Source of the DNA: Dicyema japonicum
Lineage: Eukaryota; Animalia; Dicyemida
Assembly (NCBI GenBank): GCA_011109175.1
Contig: RDEW01000010.1
Coordinates: 62,001 to 126,000, forward strand
Length of the DNA: 64,000 nucleotides
Direction of reading: 5' to 3'
Positions 11,650 to 24,899 of the stretch are shown in pieces. Under the pieces are notes generated by a model. It did not search any database. It was not told where the DNA came from and was given only the letters and a program-made list of their open reading frames with translations. The position numbers and the translations under genes are program-made. Position 1 is the stretch's first letter. Each line of letters opens with the position of its first letter.

Positions 11650-11872
11650 ATCTTGAATTGTTAGCGTGCATCATGTGGTTCACCATCTCTGGTGGCGCCA
11701 GATATATTCCTAAATTATATCCAAAAAGAACCATTAGTCAACAACCATCCAGAGGAGTTCCCTCCGGACGACACTTCCTTCAAGTCCGAGCATGCGAAGA
11801 CTGCTGAGGGAGGCCAGGATCCTGAATTTTTTTCATTCTGGCTATGACGGTGTTTTTGGTTTAATAAATTTA
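11650..11872 (+). mobile_element. 3' end remnant of an I/Jockey-group LINE
   Basis: Shares GAAGACT..GAGG..GGCC.GGA.TC.CCTGAA..GGCTATG..GGTG.TTTTTGGTTT.AATAA with the LINE 3' end at 36095-36180. Confidence 0.5.
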
Positions 11873-11889
11873 AATTTAAAATTTTATGA

Positions 11890-14800
11890 AATCAAATTTA
11901 AAATTTTATGAAGATATCCACAACATAGGGGCTCTCCGCTAAGGTTTATGTGAATTAAACTCTTTAGCACGCTAGAGCTGTCCGAGCGTGATAATATCCG
12001 ACTCATAGTCAGAACAGGGAGGTCTCTGGCTGATATAATGTGGCGAAATAGTTGGCATATTCATCAAAGAATTTTAAACTCCACAACAAACCTTGGATCT
12101 CACCAGAGCTTTGACACTTTATGTCTGAAAAACTGAGTGAAGTATTCAAAAGTTTTCACGATTCAGTCCCCTTGATACAAACTCTATCTCCAAAACGGGG
12201 CTGAGGGTTCGCAGTGGAGAAACTCCATCTCGGGAAATCACGACAACGGTGGGAACATCACAGGGAGATTAACTATTTGGCGTTTATTTGGAATCAGCTC
12301 TTATTGACCTCAGATACCTCTTGGACTACCTTCAGGAGATGGCTCTCTCAGTCACGAAGGTTACCCGAATGACCAGATGATCGCAGGCCATGCCATTGGC
12401 GAAGGTCACGATCAATATGAAGTCGGAGGCTACATTCGATGTGGCTTCTACATCGGGACGAACAAGATTTCTTGTGAATGGACCACTAATCTGCTACAGC
12501 TGTCAGCAAATCAGCCACTTTGCATACCAGTGCACGGGAAAGAAAAAATGCTTCCGTTGCGCGGGAGAACACGACACCACCAAGTGTGATGCGGATCCAA
12601 CTCTTGAACGAAAATGTATTAACTGCGGGTCAACACGGCGCAAGATACGAAGGATGCCCTGTATTCATGGAGGCCAGACGAAAGTTAAATTTCTGAATCG
12701 ACAACAGGGAACAGAAACAGACGGATATTATAACCAAGAAATTGGAACCGCCAGGCCAAAAAAGGGTAATTGGCCCAAGAACTAACAAGTACGAAGCTGC
12801 ACCTCTTCCAACGAGAGTCGGCCTACCAAAGGAAAAGTTATCAGGGAGTATTACAAAAGAACTAAAGGAAATAGTATCAAGACTGAAGGAACTAAGCAAC
12901 ATACTCGGGGTGGATTTACACAATATGGTGGACCTGGCCATGGAAAGCTCGGGCCACCAACAAGAAAATTGAAAAGAAACTTGAAGATAGTACTGGTGAA
13001 CGCCCGATCTCTAAAGAAGAGGAATCATGACCTGGCACTACTACTATCGTCCACCAAGATTGACATCCTGGTGGTCAACGAGACCAAAATGAAAAAGACC
13101 AACAACACAATGCTAGAGGGATACAATTCTATAGAAATTCCATGGGTCGAGGTGCAGAAGCTGGTACTGGAACCACATTGTTCTACAGTGAAATTCTACA
13201 GATACGTGAGCCAAAAATTATGAATACACACTGTGAATTTGTTTCCGTCGAGGTGAGAGGCCGTTGGATACACGTCGGTGGAATGTATTCAAAAGACCTT
13301 AGCAAGAGATGTTATTGAACCTAGCTCCAGACTCCATGGACTCTGTTTACAGGTTACGACCTAACATTGAAGAAGGAACAAGACTATCTCAAGAACAATG
13401 TTTGAGGGTAGAGGCAAGCAAACTAAATACCAAAGACCCCTCGTTCTGGAAGTTCTACAAAAAAATAACTGGCCAGAAAAGGAATGACATAAGCCAGAAG
13501 GTGGACTATGTTCTATGGAAGAAGCCCCAGATATTTTTAAGAAACAACTGGACCGCATTCAGGGGGTCAACCCGATGGAGCTTATTTCGAGGGAGATGTT
13601 AGATTTTTCACGTGAAATTTTAACCTACTGTTTGGACGATCTTAAAGATACTGAAATGAAAATAACTACGGAAGAAGTCATGACTGCAATCATGAAATGC
13701 AAGGCTAACGCTCCTGGACTTGACCATCTAAGCATGAGATTGTTCAAAGAAGCCCTAGAGGCTCTATTTCCCATACTGAAGAATTTATTCAATGCAAGCA
13801 TTCATCATGGTCATGTCCCAAAACGCTGGAAATCTTCCATTGTCAGAATGATACTGAAACCGGGAAAATCGAGGGAGGGACTCTCAGCTATAGGCCAATA
13901 AGCCTCATCTGTTCGATCTCCAAGATTATCGAACGAATTATCTTCAGAAGGCTTAACGACCACATAGAAGAAAGTGGTTTCCTCCTCGCAGAACAATGTG
14001 GCTAGAGACCTGGAAAATCATGCACGGACTGCATCTACCAGATGCATTCAACGGTATTGAGAGGTCTGGAAGTCAAAAGACTAGTCAACCTGGTATGTTT
14101 GGATCTGTCCAAGGCTTTTGATAGTGTGTGGCACGAAGCACTCCTATCAAGGCTAGCAGCTACTCAGATCAAAAGAAACTTTCATATGGATAAGGACTTC
14201 CTAACAGGACGGATTTCCCAAGTACGTGTTGGACAAATATGTCAAAAGACATCATACTGAAGAGGGGAGTTCCTCAGGGTTCCGTCTAGAGCCTTCTGCT
14301 ATTCAACATATTCCTCAGACTTCCCAACTCCACCGGATATAAACACAGACTATTGATATACGCCGATGATATTCTGATCACGGATACATCTGGAAATCAA
14401 CTCTTTCGGAAAAAAATATGTCATTCATTGGACAAGTACAGGACTGGTGCACAAAAAGAGGGATGAGATTGTCACGGAGAAGTCCAGCTTCTACGAGTCA
14501 GTCGCCTAAGGAGGCATCATAAGCAGCCTTACTCATTAGAGATTCCTAAAGTAAACTCAATGCGCTACCTCGGGATAGCAATCGACAGGAATGGTTCCTT
14601 CATGGAGGACATAAGACGAAGAAGGAAGAAGGAGCTTCAAGCACTCTTATGCACAAAAAGTTGTTTGTAAGCCTGGAAACCTTCTTGTTCATCTTCATGA
14701 GGATCATCTACCGGAACTGCTATATGGATGCGAGGCATGGTTTTTCTCTTGCCAAAGAGAAAGAATAATGTTACTCATGGAAAAAACCAAGGTCGGCAAT

Positions 14801-14900
14801 AAAGTTGGCTTTAGGGAATAGGCTCTGGGATGCTCTCAGTACTGAAGAAGACATGATTCTAACACCTGTTAAAAACATTGTAAAAAAAGGATCGATGGGA
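11890..14900 (+). mobile_element. Degenerate I/Jockey-group LINE with gag-like ORF1 and APE-RT ORF2
   Basis: Three CCHC-type knuckles (CYSCQQISHFAYQC, CFRCAGEHDTTKC, CINCGS), APE VLVNARSL...VVNETKM, and RT CLDLSKAFDSVWH, GVPQGSV, YADD. Many frameshifts. Confidence 0.88.
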
Positions 14901-14929
14901 TGCAACGATAAAAGGTAACTAAATGGAGT

Positions 14930-16230
14930 GTGGATGCATCGGAAGTGTCCAGGCCGCATAGGCGGACACGGGACAAACTAGTATCTTCCCTTCCATTTCA
15001 AAAATCTGCTCAGAAGATATGGAGAGAAATTAAACAACTTGGTCCAAAAGGAAATTTTAAAAGACAACAGACGGATCAGCACAGTCTTAACAAGCTCATG
15101 AAATATTACGCCAATATAAGCACAAACCTTTCAGGAAAATGGATGGGCCTTCTTTATCCTCAATAAGACCGAAGAGAACACAGCCGATTAACTTTATCTC
15201 TCATTCAGATGTCAGTGAGGGATTTAAGAAAATAAATTCTTCCCTTTCACGTGGGCCAGATTCTATCCCTGGTATTTTACTAAAACACCTTGGACCTATT
15301 GCGATTGATGCAATCACAGTGATATTCAACTATTCAATAAACTTATAACCCCGTTCCTTCCTTTTTCGACCTCACAACATGGATTTAGAAGTAGGCATTC
15401 AACTTCCACCCAACTAACTTCCCTCAACCAATTTATCATTGAAGGTTTTAACACAAATCCTCGTCACCTCAAAACAGTCGTCTGTTCGATCGATTTACAA
15501 AAGGCCTTCGACTCTGTCTCAAAGAAAATCCTAACCCGGAAATTATTTACTCTCTCCGTCAACCCCAATACAAAACTTTGGCTTGCTAACTTCATAAATG
15601 GAAGAAGGGCCCGTGTATACATGGATGGGACCAAATCAATTTCAAGATTACTACCCAATGGTGTCCCACAAGGTTCCCCTTTATCACCCGCCTTATTTAA
15701 CTTATACATGTCCGATTTGCCGAAACCCGATAATAAAGACGATTTCATCCTTTCATATGCTGATGACTTATTAATCGGATCCCGCGACCAAGATATCCCA
15801 AAGGCATCAGAAAGACTACAAGAATACCTTCACAAGATTCAAATTAGCTAAATTATAACCGGCTTGATAGATCTACTGAAAAATCTTCTTCGTCTTTATT
15901 TACCTCAGACAAAAGACTTGGACAAATGACAGTGGATATTTATCAACCAGACAAAAATACCTTTCACGAAGAAACTGAAAATCTTGGGGATCACCTTCGA
16001 CACACACATGTCTTTTCACCTCACGTCGATGCGGTCTCTGGAAGCTGCTCAAGAAAGCTAGGGATAATCAAAACTATTTTCGGTAGCATTAAAACTTCTA
16101 TCCCAGCTTTGAAATTGTTGTACAAACAATTCATTGAGCCTTCTGTCAGCTATGCCTGTACGTCATGGGGAATCAATCTGTCCTGGACGAACAAACAAAG
16201 AATCTGGACATTCAGGCCTTAACAGCCACT
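14930..16230 (+). mobile_element. I/Jockey-group LINE RT fragment
   Basis: SRGPDSIPGILLKHLG, IDLQKAFDSV, NGVPQGSPLSPALFNLYMSDLP, SYADDLLI. Confidence 0.88.
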
Positions 16231-16319
16231 ACTATTAGTAATCTCGGGAAACTAGAAAAACTAATACCCTCATCACTTGAAGAGCTTATCCGACAAAATG
16301 GAAAAGGATTTGCAACCCT

Positions 16320-18480
16320 GTGCAAGCAGTGCAACTCTCAACAATACGCAGCCACGACGTGGCAAACAAATTGTTTTTGTGCAACACTGCATTCTCTGGT
16401 CGTGCATGCAACATAACCACTTGGATGGGCGAACGAAAAAACCAAGATGTAAAACTAGTCCCTATATATAACCAAATTGTTATATTATATTCCGGATTAA
16501 CGACAAACGCTATCTTATAAACGCACGCTCATACAAAGGTTCAACAACTGTCAGCGATCACAGAATGGTTATTGTCCCCTTCAGCATGGCGAAACATGGT
16601 ATAAAACATAAGAAACATAACAACATTACAAACAATAATATTGAGAATACAAGAAATAACTACGCAACGGAAAAACTGATCTCTAATCCAGATGCAGTCA
16701 TAAATTACCAAAAATACATCTGCTCTCATCTGAAGGACCTAACAGTAGGAATTTCGTGGGATCGCACAAAGAATATAATAAACGAAGCAGCAAACCTGTA
16801 CCTCGGAACGCGGGAGATGGCCAGTAAGGGTCGGACGATACATACGCAACTAGCAAAGAAGTTCAAAGAAATCCATACAAAAAACTAAACCAAAAAGACT
16901 ATAACAAGAGAAAAGCCCTTCAGGGGCAGAAAGACAAAATCCGAAGAAAAATCTGGAGACTGAACAAGACACTCCATCAAGAAGAACTGCTTCGCAAAAT
17001 CAATGAAGTATCCAAACTAAATGATAATTTACAAATGTATATGGCCGCTTGTTTACTACGCCACACAAATCGGAAGGAACGAATAATCATCAAAGACAAA
17101 AATGGCAAGACATTACTGAATACTGAAAAGCAAACGGAGGTAATTGCACACATTTTGAAAAACTTTTAATGTGACTACAGCAATTCCCTCATTCAAAGAA
17201 AAGCCTAGACCTTTGAAAGGACCAATTACATTTTTGAAAGTAAAAACAACATGTCAAAAACTAAAAGATAACAGAAGCCCTGGATCAGATACGATAAACC
17301 CAGAATTACTGAAATACGGCACTGACCCCCTTTTTAAAAAAATCGCTACACTACTAAATAAAATGTTTTCAAATAACTCAGCCTTGCCCCTGGCAACGGG
17401 ATTACTAATACTTATACAAAAACCCAATAAACCCAAAGGACCGGTTGAAAACTTACGACCAATTATATTATCAAATTCTTTACGGAAGTCTTAGCTAACA
17501 TTGTATTGGAACGAATAAAAGGACCCGCCTATGAATACCTACCCGAAAGTTAAAGTGGGTTCAGAGAAGGAAGATCAACAGGTAGTGCAGTCTGGAGTCA
17601 CAGATGGAGATGTGCAACACATCAAAGATATTGCAATGCCACCCAAATTCTGGGAATCAAAAGCTTTTGATTCGGTTAACAGGAACAAATTGATGACAGT
17701 GTTGGAAGGGTTTATTGACGAATCGAGTCTAAGAATGATTCAAATCCTTCTATCTAATACAGAGCTCATTGTGAGAGTTGAAAAACCTACTCAAGAAAAT
17801 TTGAAACAAACACAGTCACTCCTCAGGGACTCCCTCTTTCCGCTACTATTCACAATATACTTGGAGGCCGCTATGAGGGAACTGAGACCATTATACCAAG
17901 GAAAAATAGAAGAAGTGATTTATGCTGATGAGGTCACCTAATCTCTGAAGACAAACAACTACTGGAGCATGTACTAGAAAAAGCACCAGATATACTTGGG
18001 AAATGGTTTCTCACCATGAACAAGGAAAAAACAGAACGGATAGAAATAAGACGAATGAATAACTCACTCGATGAGAAATGGAGACATACAAAGAAACTTG
18101 GCTCCCTATTCTTAGATAGTGAAGATATCATATGGAGAAAAACCATAGCATTACACAGGCTGAAATACCTATGGCTAAAACGGAAAGGGAATAACATAAA
18201 ACAAAGGATAATGTTATACGACACCTTTATCAATCCAATCCTCTTATACTACTCTGGGACCTAGGGCACCTCAAAAGAGGAATTGAAGAGGCTAGACTCA
18301 TTTCACAGGAATCATTTAAGAAACATAACTGGAATGTCCTGGCCATCCAAGATCTTGCGGAAAGGACTGTATAATAAGTGTGACTGTGCACCATTAAGTC
18401 TCGAGATCATTAGCTCTCGTTGGAGAATTTTGGACACGTCCTGAGGTTGGATCCTAGACTTTGAAGCTAGAGGGGCTAAA
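16320..18480 (+). mobile_element. Degenerate RTE-like LINE (APE C-terminus plus RT)
   Basis: LFLCNTAF...TTW, SDHRMV, SPGSDTINPELLKYG...NLRPIILSNSLRK, KAFDSVNR, IYADEV, WRHTKKLGSL. Confidence 0.88.
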
Positions 18481-18599
18481 ACTGAGAAAGAATCCATGCA
18501 TCAAAGCAGGATTTTTAATAAAACGTAATTCCCAATAACTATCGCTATGTCTTGGTCTTTAATAAAATTTTATGTCAACAACCCAAGACCATGGTAATC

Positions 18600-19190
18600 C
18601 AAACTAATTATCACATGATCCTGATACATTCCTAACAGCGACCTCATCTTTGCCCACTGTTCTTTCCTCGTTCCCTCGCATGAACGTACATGACTGATTT
18701 TTTCGCAACCTTTGCATTTTCCTCATATTTGTCAAGATATGGGTGGTACCAATGAGAAGCATGCATATGAGGAATACTGTTCGATATACTGTATGACACG
18801 TTTATCATGACCGGGTGAGTATCACTCTTCCATATTCCCGATAAACTTTTATACGTTCAGTCCGATAAACTTATAACTCATGGTTACTGTCTTCCTTTCC
18901 AATATTTTGTCCGAGGTAAAAAAAACGTAGTAGACGACTTCTCTGCATTAACCATGAGCCAATTTCCATTTTCAGGCGTTAGTCGGTCCAGATTAATTTG
19001 TATTCTTTCTGTGGCCTTCTGGATATCCCGATCTCCCGAAGCCAAATGAATATAATCCGCCTAAAAGAGTAGAATATCATTATCAGATTCAAGAGTCGGG
19101 AGTGAGACATTTAATCTAAAAGTAATATCAAAGCAAACAATGCCGACAGGGAAATCCAGACTTGAAATATTGGAGGTCTCTGGTCTGATA
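18600..19190 (-). mobile_element. Degenerate I/Jockey-group RT fragment
   Basis: DNDILLF*ADYIHLASGDRDIQKATERIQ...NAEKSSTT and QYIEQYSSYAC are homologous to the 15621-16222 RT. Confidence 0.65.
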
Positions 19191-19950
19191 GCCTTGTATG
19201 TACTCCCAGAGAAGTACTTATGAATACGAGAGGACAGATCAGTCAGATTACCTACAAATGATAAAGAACCTCACCAAATTTAGAGACAGGAGCCTTATCC
19301 CTCAAAATCGGTCTGATCTTTCTAATTCCTGTAAAATTCTCATTCCCAAGGAATGAATAGTCGAACTCGTCGTACCTAATGACTGCATCCCTTATCTAAA
19401 TTAAGGGATTATAATACTTTTCTTATAAGTTCAAATCCACCAGCATCATATGCTCCCAAATCCACGGAATCCTTGCATTCCTTATAGTTCTGACTTAGAG
19501 TACATTTTAAAACACGAGAAAACGCTTGGGGAGTCCGCCTTTGAACACGTGGGGATATCGGATGGTCCTGAGAATCATTTTTAGGGTATCTCCCTGCAGT
19601 TACATAAACAACTACCTTTTTGGGAGCAGAAAAATCCATTTCTACTTTGAGTTTCACGTGGAGGTGTTGTCTGTCAAACATTGAAGAATGAAGAAGTTGT
19701 TGTAGCATCAAAATGGAATCCGAGAGACTGAATTTTTGTGGGAGATACCAATTTCCAATGACTATTCGGCTATCCTTTGGAGCCTCAGTGAGGGCTGTGG
19801 GAATGTTGGAATCGATTTTCTTAACTCGTCTAAGATTTTTAACTTTTTTTTATCCTTAGGTCTGAATATTTAATTTTTGTGGATTTTCCTGCTTTCTTGT
19901 TTTTTATCTTACTGTTCCTTATAACTCATTCTTAAGGAATACTCTATTCC
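19190..19950 (-). CDS. Putative intron-containing host gene of unknown function; its 3' end runs into a LINE remnant
   Basis: ORF 19409-19711 is extended in frame by two micro-introns (GTATTATAATCCCTTAATTTAG, 22 nt; GTGAGGTTCTTTATCATTTGTAG, 23 nt). It has a Lys-rich upstream segment and no recognised domain. Confidence 0.4.
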
Positions 19951-20779
19951 ACCTGATTTCACTCAGAATTTACAAGTTTTTTTTGCTTTCCTAAGTGCGC
20001 ATTATAGATGAGGATAGCCAACGCCCTGGAATTGAACAGTATTGTCTAGATATTTTTGCTCAATTGAAATGTACGAATGTGACACCAAGATATTTTATCT
20101 TACATGCGCCGCTACGGAAACTTCACAAACGGCCACTCTGGGGATTAGAAATAATGACCCTTAAGGCGGATATTTGATATTGCCCTGGCACTGGCGGTAA
20201 ATTTAAGGAATTGCCAAGATATTATGAGGTGAATACACCCCTGATTAGTGGTTTTATCCCGAAATCTCTTATCTTGTTCAAAAGAAGAGATATGTGCTTT
20301 CTCTAAAGATATGTACCAAATACACTTACAAAAAATGTGAAGGGCATCAACCAGCAAAATGGGAATAATCTATCTTCCACATGGATAAACGTAGAAATGT
20401 TATGATTTGGTAGACCACTCTGTACCTCCTTGTGAGTTTTATAAATACTTAGGTTACATGGGAAAAATAATGGAAATTTTCTGAAAGTAGTCATGGATAG
20501 ACCGGATCAGACATAATGATGAAGGCAGTATACTTCTTTGAACATGATTCTGATAATCTGCTACTAATGTGCTGACTTCTCGATGGAATGAATGGTTATC
20601 GATACTCCGTGGAACTTGAAAATAAGTCTTGAAAGGCAATCTTTAATATTGTAAAACAAGGATAGATATCTGAGGAAGACTAATATATTCCAAGTTATCA
20701 ATGAAAATCTTCTATTTTTGAAAAATTATGATAAAGGCCGGATGACGTATTGACCATGCCGCGGAGCTAAGGGGGTGTC

Positions 20780-21040
20780 AAATCTGTTCAAGTCATCGTT
20801 GCTCGTGGGATCTGCAACGTGAACTGCTGAAGAATCGAAGTGGAGGAAGTACCGTTGCATTGGGAATCAGTTTGCATAGCAGAGATCTTTTAACAATTAT
20901 GGATTAATCAACGGTTTGCAAGAAGGTTAAAAATTTGTGGGCTATAAGGCTACTCGTATTAGAAATCCATTACACAAGGATCAATAAAGCGGCAGATGTA
21001 TACATTGTCGCAGAATGTAGCGCATCGTCAAGTCAGGGAA
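20780..21040 (+). mobile_element. CRE-like retrotransposon C-terminal remnant
   Basis: GSAT*TAEESKWRKYRCIGNQFA resembles AEERKMRKYQRISEEYLF of the 55818-58765 element. Confidence 0.5.
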
Positions 21041-22013
21041 ATTAAAAACATTCGTTAATTATATTATCACTACTCAGAGGGTCAAAATACACCACGCTAA
21101 TGACAGAGACTGACAGAACAAGTCTGATGTTTTTGAATATGACAAATTTTGATCATTAAGTTTGAGTCACATCTAAAGAATCACTTAAATGCACTCAAGT
21201 TGTGAGATTGCACAAATACTTTGTAATTGCTGATGAAATAAGGCTACTTTAGTGAACCTTAATGAAATCATCCCGATTGCTTCAACATGTGGCTAAACTA
21301 TCAATCTGACTCCAGTCTCAAGATGTTGAGAAAATTACAAAATTAATATATCATCTAAAAAAATTAAAAAAACCATAACACGCGCTCCTGTTTTATTGTT
21401 TGAGTGACATCAATCGATGTAACTGAGTCTTTCCGTCGGTTACCGCATGGGAGCAACTCAGCCAGGTACGGCACCACCTCAACCTTCCAACCAATTAAAA
21501 AATCGTTATATGCATGTCTTACTGTGAATTAGATTTTCGATCTCTACTAACTCGATGACAATTCTCTTATGGTTCTTAACTTGATATCAAGCATCATTTT
21601 CATTACATTTTCGAAATCCCAAACATAAATATTCCCTTATGGCAGTAGACACATTCAAATTTTCTATTTTATAAATGGAGTTTAGACTGATTGAAGAAAA
21701 TAGGAGTTATCGTCTAATTAAGGGACCCAATGTCTATGTATCGATCCATTATGTTTTGTATTGAATCCCGAATTATTCCTCATAAAGTTCATTCTCATAT
21801 CTTAGGAAGTATTCCAGGAATGAAATTACTTTCAACCCAAGTTTTCGAGATTTAAGCTGATTGTAGTAAAATTGCCTTTAAAGTAAATTAGCCCTGACTA
21901 AGAGGAACCTCCACCTAATTCAATTCTGAGAACTATTGCTAGCTGATCGTTTCAAGCTCCTAACAATATCCATATTTAATTAAGATAATCTTATTAGTAT
22001 TAAATAAACCAAA

Positions 22014-24514
22014 TTAACCGTAATTATTGTATTTCAGCGTGTTTTTCAAAAAATCGGAGTAATCAAAAGACTCTGGTTCTGTTGTAGGATATTCATATGG
22101 TTTCATGTTGCTCATACAATATTCTGCTGTTTCCTCTCCTAGGTTATCTATGAGGACTTGTTTGGTTATGTAGGACTGCATTCTTATAATCAACACAACC
22201 TTTCCATTGGCCAGCACACGGAAGCAGCTTGTCAGATTTTCATTAGCTTGGCGATTTAGTTCGATCATATATTGGAAGAATACTTGGAAGGTGACAAATC
22301 CCACATCTCCCTTGTCTAACTGTCTCCACAACTCATCAAAGGCTTGATCCTTAAATATTACAAATAGAATACATTCTCAACAACAACGGTATTGCAGCCT
22401 AGGGATATGAGACAACTCTTGAATTCATCACAATTGAGTCTTTTATCATCGTCTTTGTCAAAATAAGCGAAAGAGTTTTTATATTCAGTGATATTTTCTT
22501 GGGAAATCTTTGCAGAGGCAATTCGGCTATGTCTTTGTGTTTCTATTTCCCGATGAATGGAGGAGATATAAGAACGTAACTTTCCGTAATCCATCTTCAA
22601 TTTCTGGACGCAATAACCAATATTCCTGGCCTCAAACATTTTAGTCTCCACGAGTTTCTGTATTAAAACCAAACAAAACCTGATAATTTTTTTCAACGTC
22701 ATTAATCCGGGACTCAAACCCGGCAACCTCCTTTCCGCATTTCGCTAAAAAGTCAAGCTCACCGTCAAGCTTATCAGGGTCCAATAGTTGAAGTTTATTG
22801 ACCTCCCTAGTCATATTTTTAATCCAATCATTTGCTTCCACCACAGAGCTTTTGAATTCCTCCTTGATAGTTTGCATCTGAGAATATTGTGATATATTAC
22901 ATTTTTTTGTGTTTGGATTTGTTCTCGCAATTCGTTTAATCGTCTTGCACTGATTTCATTCAATATATTCTTCATCAACAACTTATCCCCCAAACAATCT
23001 CGTAGGCGGACATACTTCACTGCTAAGTCCATATTTAGCATTGGCTACAATAATGTAGTTCATCGTACTTTAACTCCAAGGTTGAGCGTCTTGTAATTCG
23101 ACTTAAGCCAATTTTTAATTGACTGACCTCCCCCATAAAATGAATTTAAAAGACGAGGAAATAAACCAAGTCTAAGCCTCACAAACAGAAATACAATTCA
23201 ATCAAAGGAAATAACCAATCCTCAAAGTCCTTTTCAGCGACACTCAACTTAATCCACTCTCTTTCAATGTCCTAGCGTGATTGAAATGAATTACAGAAAT
23301 GTGGTGTCCCCCCTCGGGAATAAAAGACGGCATCCTTGAAAGTTTGAGTCGCATTTGTAGTGTATAGTACAGGTTCTGTAATTCAATCAATCCCTTGTAA
23401 CGTTCAGGCTTATCAGTGATTCCATGTTTGTTGTAATTCTCCAATATTTCGTAACAATTTTCTAACGAATTTATATTCGGTCTCATTATGAGCCATTTGA
23501 TAGTCATTGGGACCCAATCAAATAACTAAGATCACATTAAGAGACAACGTCACTGCTAATACTTTGGTAGTTATCGATCATACGTTGACATTCTCTGTTA
23601 TTCTTTAAAGCTAAGTGGATGGTTTCCGTGGCTTTCACAGCCTAAAGTCAAGATATCATTTAACCTTCTCATTGGCAGTAAACCGGTGGTAAAACGTGGA
23701 GATGTAGACCATAACTGACAGTTCATCGACTTTTCCAGGTTTTAATAAATCTCGTATAAAATTATGGGGGAACACTCAATATCCAACATTTGTGGAATTT
23801 CAAGTTTGTGTTCGGCCACGTGGAAAGCGTCAGTTAGATTATTTCTGGGATTTAGTGTCTGTAAGTGATTATTATTGTTAACATTGTATTTGTTTAAATT
23901 TATTAAGTCGGGTCTGTGTCGATGAATAAGAGCTCCAAAGGCCATCCCGTCCTTAAAACTGTGTTGTATATAAATATAGACCTGGTGTGAAAATTCTGGA
24001 TGTCGACTCCCTTGTAACCAGCAGTTTTCAGTTGACACCATAACAGCAACCCTTCGTTTGAGGATTTTTCTGTGTTTGATATGATAAATACCCTCAATCA
24101 CAATGTCTTGGATGGCAAATCTGCGGATAATAGTCCAAATCATTCCCAAGGTCATTTTAACGTTTCCATCAACAATTTCTAACATAACATAATCTCAACC
24201 CTCAGCGGCAATGGACCCCACATTAACTCCCTTGCTTGCTATAAACTTCAAGGCAATGTTGAAATTGACAATTTTGTGAATTCTCATTCCCTTCTTGTAT
24301 GTTATGGGGATTCGTTCATTCGACAGAATTTCTAATAATTTTATTAAATTTTGTCCATCCATAAAATCTTTTTCAATATTTTGTATTTGTACGTTAATTT
24401 TCTTTAAGTGATTATTACACCATTCAGTAAAGGACTGGTTATTACATTCACTACCATTTTTTGTTGCTCCACCCATGCTTCATCAAGCAGTCCCTCTCGC
24501 TTATTTGAGGTCAT
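22014..24514 (-). CDS. ACTN: Alpha-actinin-like protein (~720 aa) with shortened spectrin-repeat rod; 15 introns of 20-25 nt
   Basis: [12 protein letters not shown]|[56 protein letters not shown] (CH1/CH2), spectrin repeats, and EF-hands [25 protein letters not shown] and FRVLANGK|SYIT. Confidence 0.93.
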
Positions 24515-24669
24515 TTGGGAGTGGGTAATCTATAACTGAATATACGGTTTTAACGAATATATTACTTATCAACCACGTCCAGAAAACAAGTTAAGCTGAT
24601 TTTTATTATAATCTATCACTACTTAATTTAATTTGAATACCATTGGTGTGTTCTCTTGCTTTTAATGAA

Positions 24670-24780
24670 AGTCTTCCTTTTCGAATCTCACCTGAAGATC
24701 CAAAAAGAAAGAAGTACCGCTGCATTGGAGACCGTTTTGCTTTCCAGCTAATCTCCGTTTATACGTCTGATTATTAGGGA
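24670..24780 (+). mobile_element. CRE-like retrotransposon C-terminal remnant
   Basis: EDPKRKKYRCIGDRFAFQLISV; about 50 bp align without gaps to 20827-20875. Confidence 0.45.
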
Positions 24781-24899
24781 GATTATTGTCAAATATTAAT
24801 CAAAAGTTATAAAAGTCAAAAAAGTCAAAATTTTTGGTAATGTCAAAAAAAATCAAAATTTAATTTTTAGGTCAATTTATTGATTTTTATGTTGATTAT

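Noticed and set aside
19960-20760. Possible upstream exons of the 19 kb orphan gene
   Set aside because: Intron-like segments exist, but I could not build a stop-free spliced frame.
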